Positions 18,778 through 27,001 of a stretch of 38,524 nt of DNA are shown here, in pieces. The notes under the pieces are model-generated. The model worked only from the letters and a program-made list of their open reading frames with translations, searched no databases and was not told where the DNA came from. The position numbers were made by a program, and so were the translations under genes. Source of the stretch: a bacterium (GTDB lineage: Bacteria > SZUA-182 > DTGQ01 > JAFGSM01); assembly GCA_049472335.1 (NCBI GenBank), contig JBLIRO010000046.1:1-38524 (forward strand), written 5' to 3'. Positions within the stretch are counted from its first letter, which is position 1; every line of letters starts with the position of its first letter.

Positions 18778-19830
18778 ATGAGGGAAACCATATATATCGA
18801 CGGGTCTGAAAAATCCGGCAGCGGCACCATTGTCAGGCATTGTCTGGCATTGGCATCCATAATTAAAAAGGACCTGCATATCATAAACATTCGCGCGAAG
18901 AGGAAAAAGCCGGGACTTCGCCCCCAGCATCTCAAGGCGGTGGAAGCTTGCTGTGATCTGACCGGCGGATCGGCAAAAAAAGCAATAATCGGATCCGATG
19001 AGATTATATTTAACCCGGGTGATAAAATAAGATACGGTAACTTTAATTGGGACATAGGAACCGCAGGATCAACTACAATGATGTGCCTTTGTCTTTTACC
19101 TCTAGGCTGCCTGTCAGACGGTGAATCCTGTTACACAATTTCCGGAGGACTTTTTCAGGACTTTGCACCAAATGCCTTTCACATGAAACATGTTCTTTTA
19201 AATCTCCTAAAAAGATTTTCGATTAATGCTGAAATAAAAATAGTAAAACCCGGTTATGTCCCGCTTGGCAGAGGGATTTTAGAAGTAAAGGTAAAACCGG
19301 TAACTGGAAATCTAAAACCTTTAAAATTGTCGGAGCAGGGAAACATAATCGGTATAAAAGGTATCGCTATTTCTTCACATCTGAATGAAAGAAATGTCAG
19401 CAAAAGGATGGCGGATTCCTGTAACCAGTTATTGTCTAAATTCGGACATGAAGCCTCGATTAGGATTATAGAGGATGAATCCGCCGACCAGAAGGGCGCG
19501 GCATTGTTTATTTATGCAATAACAGACAAAGGATGTATAATAGGCTCTGACATGCCGGGAAGGTTGGGGAGATCAGCCGAATTTATAGGCCGGTCCGTTG
19601 CAAATAATCTACTGGATGACATTCGGTCCGGTGCCACGGTGGATCGTTTTGCCGCGGATCAGTTGGTTTTATATGCAGGTTTAGCCGAAGGAGAAAGCGA
19701 ATATATCATACCTTTCATGAATGACCATATAGATTCAAATCTCTGGCTGATTAAAAAGATATTGGGTGCCAAAGTTATATTAAAGGGCAATTATCTGAAA
19801 ATACATGGTGCTGGTATACTTAGACAGTAA
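18778..19830 (+). CDS. rtcA: RNA 3'-terminal phosphate cyclase
   Basis: IDGS...G.IVR, NIRAKRKKPGLRPQH, DIGTAGS, GYVPLGRG, ADQLVLY, and the adenylated His in DHIDSN. Confidence 0.93.
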   Translation: MRETIYIDGSEKSGSGTIVRHCLALASIIKKDLHIINIRAKRKKPGLRPQHLKAVEACCDLTGGSAKKAIIGSDEIIFNPGDKIRYGNFNWDIGTAGSTTMMCLCLLPLGCLSDGESCYTISGGLFQDFAPNAFHMKHVLLNLLKRFSINAEIKIVKPGYVPLGRGILEVKVKPVTGNLKPLKLSEQGNIIGIKGIAISSHLNERNVSKRMADSCNQLLSKFGHEASIRIIEDESADQKGAALFIYAITDKGCIIGSDMPGRLGRSAEFIGRSVANNLLDDIRSGATVDRFAADQLVLYAGLAEGESEYIIPFMNDHIDSNLWLIKKILGAKVILKGNYLKIHGAGILRQ

Positions 19831-19933
19831 AAATCATACACATTTATATGACCGTATCGGTGTGAAATGAATAATTCAAATTGCGAATTGCATTTTACAT
19901 TTTGGATTTATTCCCATTAAAGAGGATCTCCTT

Positions 19934-20815
19934 TTGAAAGACATTGTTATTCCAAAATGTTGGGAAGAGTTGCTGAAAAGAATCAATACAGGTGGCATTT
20001 CAAATATTATCATGGTAATAGGGGCAATAGATTCGGGCAAATCAACACTTTCTCAATTTTTATATCGAAATCTAAGTGCTTCATCCGAGCTTGCTGCTAT
20101 TATAGACGCTGATTTAGGGCAATCTGTAATAGGGCCTCCTGCTACCGTGGGACTCTCAATCAGCAAAACCTCTTCCAGCATGCTTTACCCGGCGCACATG
20201 CGATTCGTGGGATCAACATCTCCAAGGGCTCATATGCTACAGACTATCGTAGCGGCAAAGAAATTTGTAGAGAAAGCCATAGAGATGAAAGTAAAAAATA
20301 TAGTGATAGATACTTCGGGCTTTATAGAAGGGCCCATTGGACAAGAATTTAAATTCCAGAAGATAGATTTAATTAGTCCGACCCTGGTAATTGCCTTAGA
20401 GAAGGACACAGAATTCAGTGCCCTGCTAAAAAATATATCATACAGAAAGGGGATCGGGATATGCCGAATCAAGATTTCCCCTGAGTTGGTAAAATGCAAA
20501 TCACCTGAAACAAGAAAACTACATAGGAAGGAAAGATTCAAAAGCTATTTTGAGGATTCAAAATTGAGGTTTTTGTCCATGGGGGAAATTGGCTTACACG
20601 GGATGATACCTGATTTTAAGAAAAAACAGAACTGGCACAATCTCCTCTTAGGTCTATGTGATTGCGATAATAATACACTTTCGCTTGCCATAACAAAACA
20701 TATTGATTTGTCTGAGGGATTAATTACATTTATCAGCCCTGTGAAAAATTTGAAAGACGTGAAAAGCATCCAATTCGGCTCGATCTTTATAACCCAAGAT
20801 GGGGAGGAATTATAG
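19934..20815 (+). CDS. Clp1/Grc3-family polynucleotide 5'-hydroxyl kinase
   Basis: Walker A GAIDSGKST, DADLGQSVIGPP, FVGSTSP, IDTSGF, lid R...R (ETRKLHRKERF); TTG start after AGAGGA. Confidence 0.88.
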   Translation: MKDIVIPKCWEELLKRINTGGISNIIMVIGAIDSGKSTLSQFLYRNLSASSELAAIIDADLGQSVIGPPATVGLSISKTSSSMLYPAHMRFVGSTSPRAHMLQTIVAAKKFVEKAIEMKVKNIVIDTSGFIEGPIGQEFKFQKIDLISPTLVIALEKDTEFSALLKNISYRKGIGICRIKISPELVKCKSPETRKLHRKERFKSYFEDSKLRFLSMGEIGLHGMIPDFKKKQNWHNLLLGLCDCDNNTLSLAITKHIDLSEGLITFISPVKNLKDVKSIQFGSIFITQDGEEL

Positions 20816-20932
20816 ACTAAACAATAAGGAAGCTCCTATTCACCAGAAAGGATTAAACCTGGATTCAGGATTTTCGATGAAGTAAATTATCATTTACTAT
20901 GAGTAAAAAATAAACAGAAAGGAGACCGGAAA

Positions 20933-21400
20933 ATGAGATTATACCTGGTTCAACACGGTGAAGCCACATCTGGGGACTTAGATCCAAGACGTCCACTAAC
21001 TAAAAAGGGAGTACTAGATGTAATAAAAACGGCTCATTTTCTAAAGAAGTCCGGAGCCGGTTTAGACTTTATATGGCACAGCACAAAAACCAGAGCCATT
21101 GAAACCGCTCAAATAATAGCTAAAGAATTTTCATTGCCCGGGGATGCTATAAATCAAAAGGAAGGGCTTGCCCCGAACGACCCTGTAAAAAAGGTCTTTG
21201 ATGATATTTTATCCGCAAGCTTAGATTTAATGATAGTAAGTCATCTTCCATTTCTTCAGAAACTTGTTTCACTGGCCCTTCTTAATTCGGAATCCCCCAG
21301 TATAGTCGGTTTTCGACAGGGCGGGGTTATTTGTCTTGAATATAAAGTAACAGGGGCCTGGGAGCTAATATTCGCAATACCACCGGACTTGCTGCAATAA
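20933..21400 (+). CDS. sixA: Phosphohistidine phosphatase SixA
   Basis: LYLVQHGEA, RPLT..G, HSTKTRAIETA, IVSHLPFL, GGVICL; AAGGAG RBS. Confidence 0.9.
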   Translation: MRLYLVQHGEATSGDLDPRRPLTKKGVLDVIKTAHFLKKSGAGLDFIWHSTKTRAIETAQIIAKEFSLPGDAINQKEGLAPNDPVKKVFDDILSASLDLMIVSHLPFLQKLVSLALLNSESPSIVGFRQGGVICLEYKVTGAWELIFAIPPDLLQ

Positions 21401-21439
21401 AGAGTAAAAAGTGCATTAAGTAAAACGGCACATTTATCT

Positions 21440-23743
21440 TTAAAATTCAGGGCACTCCATCTCTATCTCATATTCGCTTGAACAACTATCGCAGTCACCT
21501 TCCCAGCCCATACCATCACAGGAATCAGGATCTTCAACCCAATAAACACTGGTGCTGGTATTATCATCTCCGTCACAGTCCTGATCTATTCCGTCACTTC
21601 TTACTTCCGGCGCCCCCGGATGGATAGCCATATTATGATCATCACAGTCTGTGCCGCCAACTTCAACGGAATTATAACCATCATTGTCCACATCGGCGAG
21701 GTCCCTGCCATCACAATTCTGATCTATTCCATCATAGGGGACCTCCGCTGCCCCCGGGTAGATGGCCGAATCATAATCATTACAGTCATTACCACCTTCT
21801 AATATACTACTATACCCATCATCATCCGTGTCTATAATATAATCATCATATTCATCATCATTTCCCTTGTTATTATCCACCGGGGATTCATCATAATCGC
21901 CATTTATGGCCTTTTTCACTGCTTTACCTGCATTAATAAGACCATAGCCATATTCCGGATCCCAACCTGCAGGACCTAGGTCTAATGCACATCCGCTGAT
22001 AAGGGATCGAATATTAGCTAAGCTAAGCTCAGGTTTTACCGAAAGCAATAAGGCCACAATACCTGTGACCTGGGCAGTCGCTACCGATGTTCCATGGATA
22101 AAATCAAACATAAATCTTGAGGGATTGGCTAATATCTCACCATCGACAGAAAATCTGTATCTTGGCTCAAAGGTTTGCGTCAGGACTCCATCCGGGAAAT
22201 CATCCAGATTTTGATCCTCCCAGATGTTTCCTCCTGGCGCGACAATCTCTAATTCATGCCCGTAATTTGAATAACAGGCACGAGAATAATCATATTGAAT
22301 TGAGCCCACGGCAATAACTTCTTCATAGGCCGCAGGATAGCAAACGGTTGATCTTGAATTGTTACCCGAACCTGAGACAATAATTACACCCGCATTGGCT
22401 GCATATATTACAGCATCATGAATAATCGGCCCTGGATTCAAATTTGGCGGCCAGGCGAAGCTCAGGTTGATCACATGCGCTCCGTTATCAACCGCATAAT
22501 AGATAGCCTCTGCTATATTGGAAGAAAACCCCTTGCCCTTATAATTTAACACCTTGAGATTCATGATTGTGCATTTGGGAGCTATTCCGGCAAGTATATT
22601 TTTATCCGTTTTGGAATTTCCATAAATTATATCTTCGATTTGCCCTGTATAATCGAGGTCTGATGAAGATAAACCAATATCCTTGTTCATTTTTTGTCCG
22701 AGCTTGGCTTTATATTTGGAACCGGCGTCGTTCAAATTAAGATTATTATACATGCTGAAATCATGACCAATTATATTAGCGAGATGGGTTCCATGTCCAT
22801 TGTTGTCATTGGGGTGAACATCCTTATTCACGAAATCGTATCCGTGTTTATCATCCATGTAGCCATTGTTATCATCATCTTTTTCATTGTAACTTTTTTC
22901 TGCCTCGTTTTGCCATATTCTCGTTCTTGTTAAATATGGGATTTCAAGATAATGATCTGAATCAACCGTTTCTGCCTCATATTCAGGCACAATAAACTCT
23001 TCAAAAGCTATACCGGTATCCAGGAGAGCAATAACAACCGATTTTTCTCCACTGGTTTTCTTCCATGCCTCAGCAATATTAATCGCATCCATATACCATA
23101 TAAGTTCTTCTAATTCTTTGGACTTTTTGTTTTTTAATCCTTTTATATTTTTTTTAAATCTTTTAAGGTAGGGCTCATCTCTACCCTGAATTTCACATTC
23201 ATAATCCAGTTGAGCATATTGAACCATATGGGAAAAATCGATTCTATATTTCTCCAGAAGCTCTTCAACGGTCTCACCCTCATTTGGGATTACTTCATGG
23301 AATCCTCCTTTTGTAGCCATACGTCCTATTGTACCGGACAGATTCAAATCTTTACCTTGCCTCAATTGCTCCTCTTCCTGGGTATTAAATTTTACTAATA
23401 TCCTGCCCTTGTGGTATCTTACCTTATCCGGATCTTCATCTGTTTGATAAGCTTCTTCCTGAACTGTCTCACTATGGGATTGAGCAACCTTATGGCTTAA
23501 GTGACTATCTATCTTGTCTCCGGATTTAACGAATGAAGGCATATATGGCTTTTCATTGTAAATCTTTTTGGTTTGTAAGGTCTTTTCCTGGGAAAGTCCG
23601 GTCTTGAACGATGTATTCCCTTTAGAATCATTTAGTTTTTTATTTTCCGCTCTATCAGCAATCTTACCAAAAATGAACAAAGAAAACAGGCAGACCAGAC
23701 AGCCGACTTTCAATAGTAAATAAGGCAATCTTCTCATTCTCAT
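21440..23743 (-). CDS. Secreted subtilisin-like S8 serine protease with C-terminal acidic Cys-rich (MopE-like) repeats
   Basis: Catalytic D (LLDTG), H (NGHGTH), S (GTSVA) and oxyanion N (GSGNN); two DC.D....I.PGA.EV..DGIDQ.CDG repeats; ATG 23743 follows AGGGGG. Confidence 0.9.
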   Translation of the reverse strand: MRMRRLPYLLLKVGCLVCLFSLFIFGKIADRAENKKLNDSKGNTSFKTGLSQEKTLQTKKIYNEKPYMPSFVKSGDKIDSHLSHKVAQSHSETVQEEAYQTDEDPDKVRYHKGRILVKFNTQEEEQLRQGKDLNLSGTIGRMATKGGFHEVIPNEGETVEELLEKYRIDFSHMVQYAQLDYECEIQGRDEPYLKRFKKNIKGLKNKKSKELEELIWYMDAINIAEAWKKTSGEKSVVIALLDTGIAFEEFIVPEYEAETVDSDHYLEIPYLTRTRIWQNEAEKSYNEKDDDNNGYMDDKHGYDFVNKDVHPNDNNGHGTHLANIIGHDFSMYNNLNLNDAGSKYKAKLGQKMNKDIGLSSSDLDYTGQIEDIIYGNSKTDKNILAGIAPKCTIMNLKVLNYKGKGFSSNIAEAIYYAVDNGAHVINLSFAWPPNLNPGPIIHDAVIYAANAGVIIVSGSGNNSRSTVCYPAAYEEVIAVGSIQYDYSRACYSNYGHELEIVAPGGNIWEDQNLDDFPDGVLTQTFEPRYRFSVDGEILANPSRFMFDFIHGTSVATAQVTGIVALLLSVKPELSLANIRSLISGCALDLGPAGWDPEYGYGLINAGKAVKKAINGDYDESPVDNNKGNDDEYDDYIIDTDDDGYSSILEGGNDCNDYDSAIYPGAAEVPYDGIDQNCDGRDLADVDNDGYNSVEVGGTDCDDHNMAIHPGAPEVRSDGIDQDCDGDDNTSTSVYWVEDPDSCDGMGWEGDCDSCSSEYEIEMECPEF

Positions 23744-23848
23744 AATTATCCAGCCCCCCTTGCTTCGTAAATTCTTTTTTATATTGACAATCTTGTTTTT
23801 ACTGAAAAACAAGACATGAGATCCAATATAATCCTGGTTAGCTTTCCT

Positions 23849-24358
23849 TTAATGGGCTTCTGCCTCGACTGCTTGTACCTCGGATACAAACTTGATACTC
23901 ACCCTTGCAACAAATCTTGTATCCTCTTTTTTATATTCCAGGACTTTCTCGATTACAGCAATAACACCTGATTCGCCGGCAAGGGCACTGGAAATGCCTC
24001 CATCAATATCTATCATTCCAACTAATGTTTCCGGCAAAATGCCATCAAACTCGTCCCTTGTCAAATATTCATTATAGGTAATAAAAAAGCCTTCACTTGT
24101 ATAGGCAAGCCTCCTGAGGCATTCACATCTTCTAACAAACAAGTGAATAGAACTGGAATCCAAAGCGGGATCTCTGAATTCACCAATCATGTAACCAACT
24201 ACATTCGAGCCGACAGCCGGTAAATTCAGGTAATCCTGAGGGAAATCACTTTCTATAAATCGCCCTCTTGCATGGCTGCTGGAAATAGAACACAATAGAA
24301 AAAAAGAGGTCAAAAAAATACAAATGTAAATCCTAAATAACTTTGATTTTGTTGTCAT
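23849..24358 (-). CDS. Secreted hypothetical protein, probably co-transcribed with the S8 protease
   Basis: AGGAGG RBS, signal peptide ending SSHA|, sigma54 promoter upstream; no family recognised. Confidence 0.75.
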   Translation of the reverse strand: MTTKSKLFRIYICIFLTSFFLLCSISSSHARGRFIESDFPQDYLNLPAVGSNVVGYMIGEFRDPALDSSSIHLFVRRCECLRRLAYTSEGFFITYNEYLTRDEFDGILPETLVGMIDIDGGISSALAGESGVIAVIEKVLEYKKEDTRFVARVSIKFVSEVQAVEAEAH

Positions 24359-24450
24359 TTTTGTCCTCCTTCAGGTTTTTCTCTTAAAATTGTTCTTATT
24401 ACCGGATTAAAAAAATCCAACAAACTTTTTCACTGATTCGGAAACTTGAA

Positions 24451-24467
24451 TGCAAAGCAAATGCCAA
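24451..24467 (-). promoter_or_regulatory. sigma54 (-24/-12) promoter
   Basis: Minus strand TTGGCAT-TTGCT-TTGCA with exact spacing, about 90 bp upstream of ATG 24358. Confidence 0.85.
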
Positions 24468-24926
24468 TTATGTTTTTTATATAGAGTGCGGGCAATATTT
24501 TAGGCAGAAAGATATAATTTTATCTTTATTGAAAGCCAAGTGTTGATTAAATCCAAATCTGCATTTAAAATCTTCATGAGACACAGAAGAAGCTTGACAG
24601 GCAAGGATCTGAGACGATCTTGGCTGAAGGAATATTGAAGTATTATGATGTTAAAATCGTTCTGGGCAACGCTGTATTTTGGGGCTGATTTCAAGTCGAA
24701 ATAGATTTCAAATGTAAGATTTGGGTTTATGCTAAAAAAGAATAAAGGTATCTAAAAATCAATTTTTTTGTTCATAAATTATACAATTTCGTGAAGATTT
24801 CTTGATTTTACTGCTTATTTCGAATATTAAAAACTGTTTATATTTTGAGCTTTTATCCTAACAAAAAATAAACAGTTAAAAGTTCTATTATTGAACATGT
24901 AAAGTCGCAATATTATTTTTCAGTCC

Positions 24927-25280
24927 TTAGGAAGCTTTCGACATCTCCTGAATCGCCAATTCCTGAGAAGGATAAATAGTAGTATAGTGATTTATGCCTA
25001 CCATGTTGAATGTTTTTGTAAAATGCTCGGAAAGACCTGTCAGGCATATTTGTTGTCCCATCTGCTGGCTTTTGCTCAGGAGTCCTATTATCACTGCAAT
25101 CCCACCACTGGTAATATGTTTGTCCTTATGGAACTCAATAAGTATCTTCTTGAAATCCTTATCACTTAGGTCACGATATGCATCATCCATTACTTTCTCC
25201 ATAGCGGTGGTGAAATCCGTCATTATAGAGATAACAGCGATGTTCTTCATTTCTTTTATCTTAATTGCCTCGTTTAACAC
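24927..25280 (-). CDS. STAS-domain anti-sigma factor antagonist (RsbV/SpoIIAA-like)
   Basis: 117 aa; ITSGGIAVII (phosphorylatable Ser position), L.GLSEHF.K.F.MVGI; GTG start after AAGGAGG. Confidence 0.88.
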   Translation of the reverse strand: MLNEAIKIKEMKNIAVISIMTDFTTAMEKVMDDAYRDLSDKDFKKILIEFHKDKHITSGGIAVIIGLLSKSQQMGQQICLTGLSEHFTKTFNMVGINHYTTIYPSQELAIQEMSKAS

Positions 25281-25357
25281 TTAAATTACCTCCTTATTTT
25301 CCTCCTCAATCTAGAACAAATATTCAAAATCAAGTTTCAATCAGGCCATATAGTCAT

Positions 25358-26674
25358 TTAAAAGAATAATACACCTTTAAAAGAGATGTATTGGGCCTTG
25401 TTTAAATTCTTTCCGGCAAACCTATGCCAATGCCCCAGGGAGACTTGAAATGGCACACGTGCAAGGTTTTTCTGAAACCGGTCCAGATTATTGTAGGAGA
25501 TCCCGATAAGAAGGGTGTGTCCAGTCTGGCTCGTTTGTCCCTCAAGGCCTGGAAGGTGCTCTCCATCTGCACCTATGGCGCTATCCTTTTCTTTAAAAAA
25601 ACCACAATAAGTAGCATCTAACCCAAAGCCTTCAGAAAGCTTGTAACCGGCAGAAAATTCCAATTCAAGTATATCTCCCTGATCTAAATCAACCCTTTCC
25701 TTATTATCGGTTATTGGGTAATCAGGATCATCGGGGACACGGAGAGTCTCCTTATTAGAAAGCATATTTGTATAACGAACGGTGCCATTTAAAACAAAGT
25801 CCTTGATCCCGATAAAATCATTTTGAAAGCCCAGGACGAAACCATATGCGCCGCTCCCAAAACCAAAATCTACAAGGTTATCGGGATCATCCTCCCGTCC
25901 AGTTGGTAAGCTGCCACCTGCCTGAAGGGCCAGACGCCATTTCTCATTTTCAAAGTATTTATATTTAAAACCAAGCTCAATGTCCCCAATACCCGTCTCT
26001 GACCAGGTCTCAAACCTTTCATATCCATACTCAGTGCTTAAAAGATTTATCACATCATCACTAGTTGCTTTTAATTGATCAATCTCATTATCCGAATATC
26101 CTACTGCATAAAGCAAATCAGTTGGAATAAAAGTCACACTTGGATCTGCAAAGGCAGGATAATTGGATACAATAGCAGCATTTCGAGGATCAACAAGATT
26201 CGGATCCTGAAGTATTGGATTCCCTGCCAAATTAGCTGAACTTGAATCAAGTGATGCCTTAACTTTATTTTTATAAGTCCAGTACGGGATTTTAATACCA
26301 ACGGTAAGTTTATCAGAAAAAGCATGAGAAACTAAGATATTAAAAATGCTGGCATTTTTTTCAAAATCAACAATACTTCGCCCCAATGATGCAGGAACAG
26401 TTAATAATGGATCAAACATTTCCAAGTCACGAAAAACCCGTGAATCAAGTTCCTGGTTATAATCATTGGCCAGACTTTCTAATTCACCCTGATCATTGAA
26501 TTGTTTATCCCAGGAAGGATAATAATTAAATGCCTCATCAATCATCCACCGCCCCTTGGGTAAAACCATTGCATCATCCGCCCGGCAAAAATTAGAGGAA
26601 AAAAGAATAAGAACAACAACCATAAAAAACATAAAAAAGTACTTATACCCTGCTTCAATTTTCCATCTCTTCAT
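25358..26674 (-). CDS. Putative outer-membrane beta-barrel 'transporter' (MetA-pathway/SphA-like)
   Basis: Signal peptide, GIGDIELGFKY, LPTGREDDPDNLVD.GFGSG, amphipathic strands, C-terminal Phe; ATG 26674 follows AGGAGG. Confidence 0.72.
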   Translation of the reverse strand: MKRWKIEAGYKYFFMFFMVVVLILFSSNFCRADDAMVLPKGRWMIDEAFNYYPSWDKQFNDQGELESLANDYNQELDSRVFRDLEMFDPLLTVPASLGRSIVDFEKNASIFNILVSHAFSDKLTVGIKIPYWTYKNKVKASLDSSSANLAGNPILQDPNLVDPRNAAIVSNYPAFADPSVTFIPTDLLYAVGYSDNEIDQLKATSDDVINLLSTEYGYERFETWSETGIGDIELGFKYKYFENEKWRLALQAGGSLPTGREDDPDNLVDFGFGSGAYGFVLGFQNDFIGIKDFVLNGTVRYTNMLSNKETLRVPDDPDYPITDNKERVDLDQGDILELEFSAGYKLSEGFGLDATYCGFFKEKDSAIGADGEHLPGLEGQTSQTGHTLLIGISYNNLDRFQKNLARVPFQVSLGHWHRFAGKNLNKAQYISFKGVLFF

Positions 26675-26837
26675 TATATCCTCCTGTTTTATTCTTCGAG
26701 CAATCATAAGCTTCTTGATTTGATCAGAAAATAAAGAATATTTTATAATCACATATTTTTTATCGACATTTCTTTGAATTTTGCTCTTAGGGCTTTTTAA
26801 AAAATAAGGAAAAATCAATCAGTTAGGGAGACGTCAA

Positions 26838-26997
26838 GTAACTCCTCAAAATCCCGATGACATGTTGAGAAAAATGCAAATTGCAAAATGCAAATTTTAA
26901 AATGCAAAATAATGTATTCCTTAAATTTTCATTTTTCATTTTGCTATTTGCTATTTGCATTACCCTTACGAAATCCACACGGTTTTTGAGTAGGTAC
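26838..26997. mobile_element. 160-bp MITE-like element with imperfect 17-bp TIRs, 8-bp flanking direct repeat and internal inverted heptamer arrays
   Basis: GTAACTCCTCAAAATCC ... GGTTTTTGAGTAGGTAC; GACGTCAA at 26830-26837 and 26998-27005; AAAATGC/AAATTGC heptamers followed by the complementary ATTTTGC/ATTTGC-type array. Confidence 0.72.
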
Positions 26998-27001
26998 GAC
27001 G

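Noticed and set aside
24500..24694. 64-aa minus-strand ORF in the STAS-sigma54 intergenic region
   Set aside because: TTG start, no RBS, no recognisable motif; it occupies the likely enhancer region of the sigma54 promoter.
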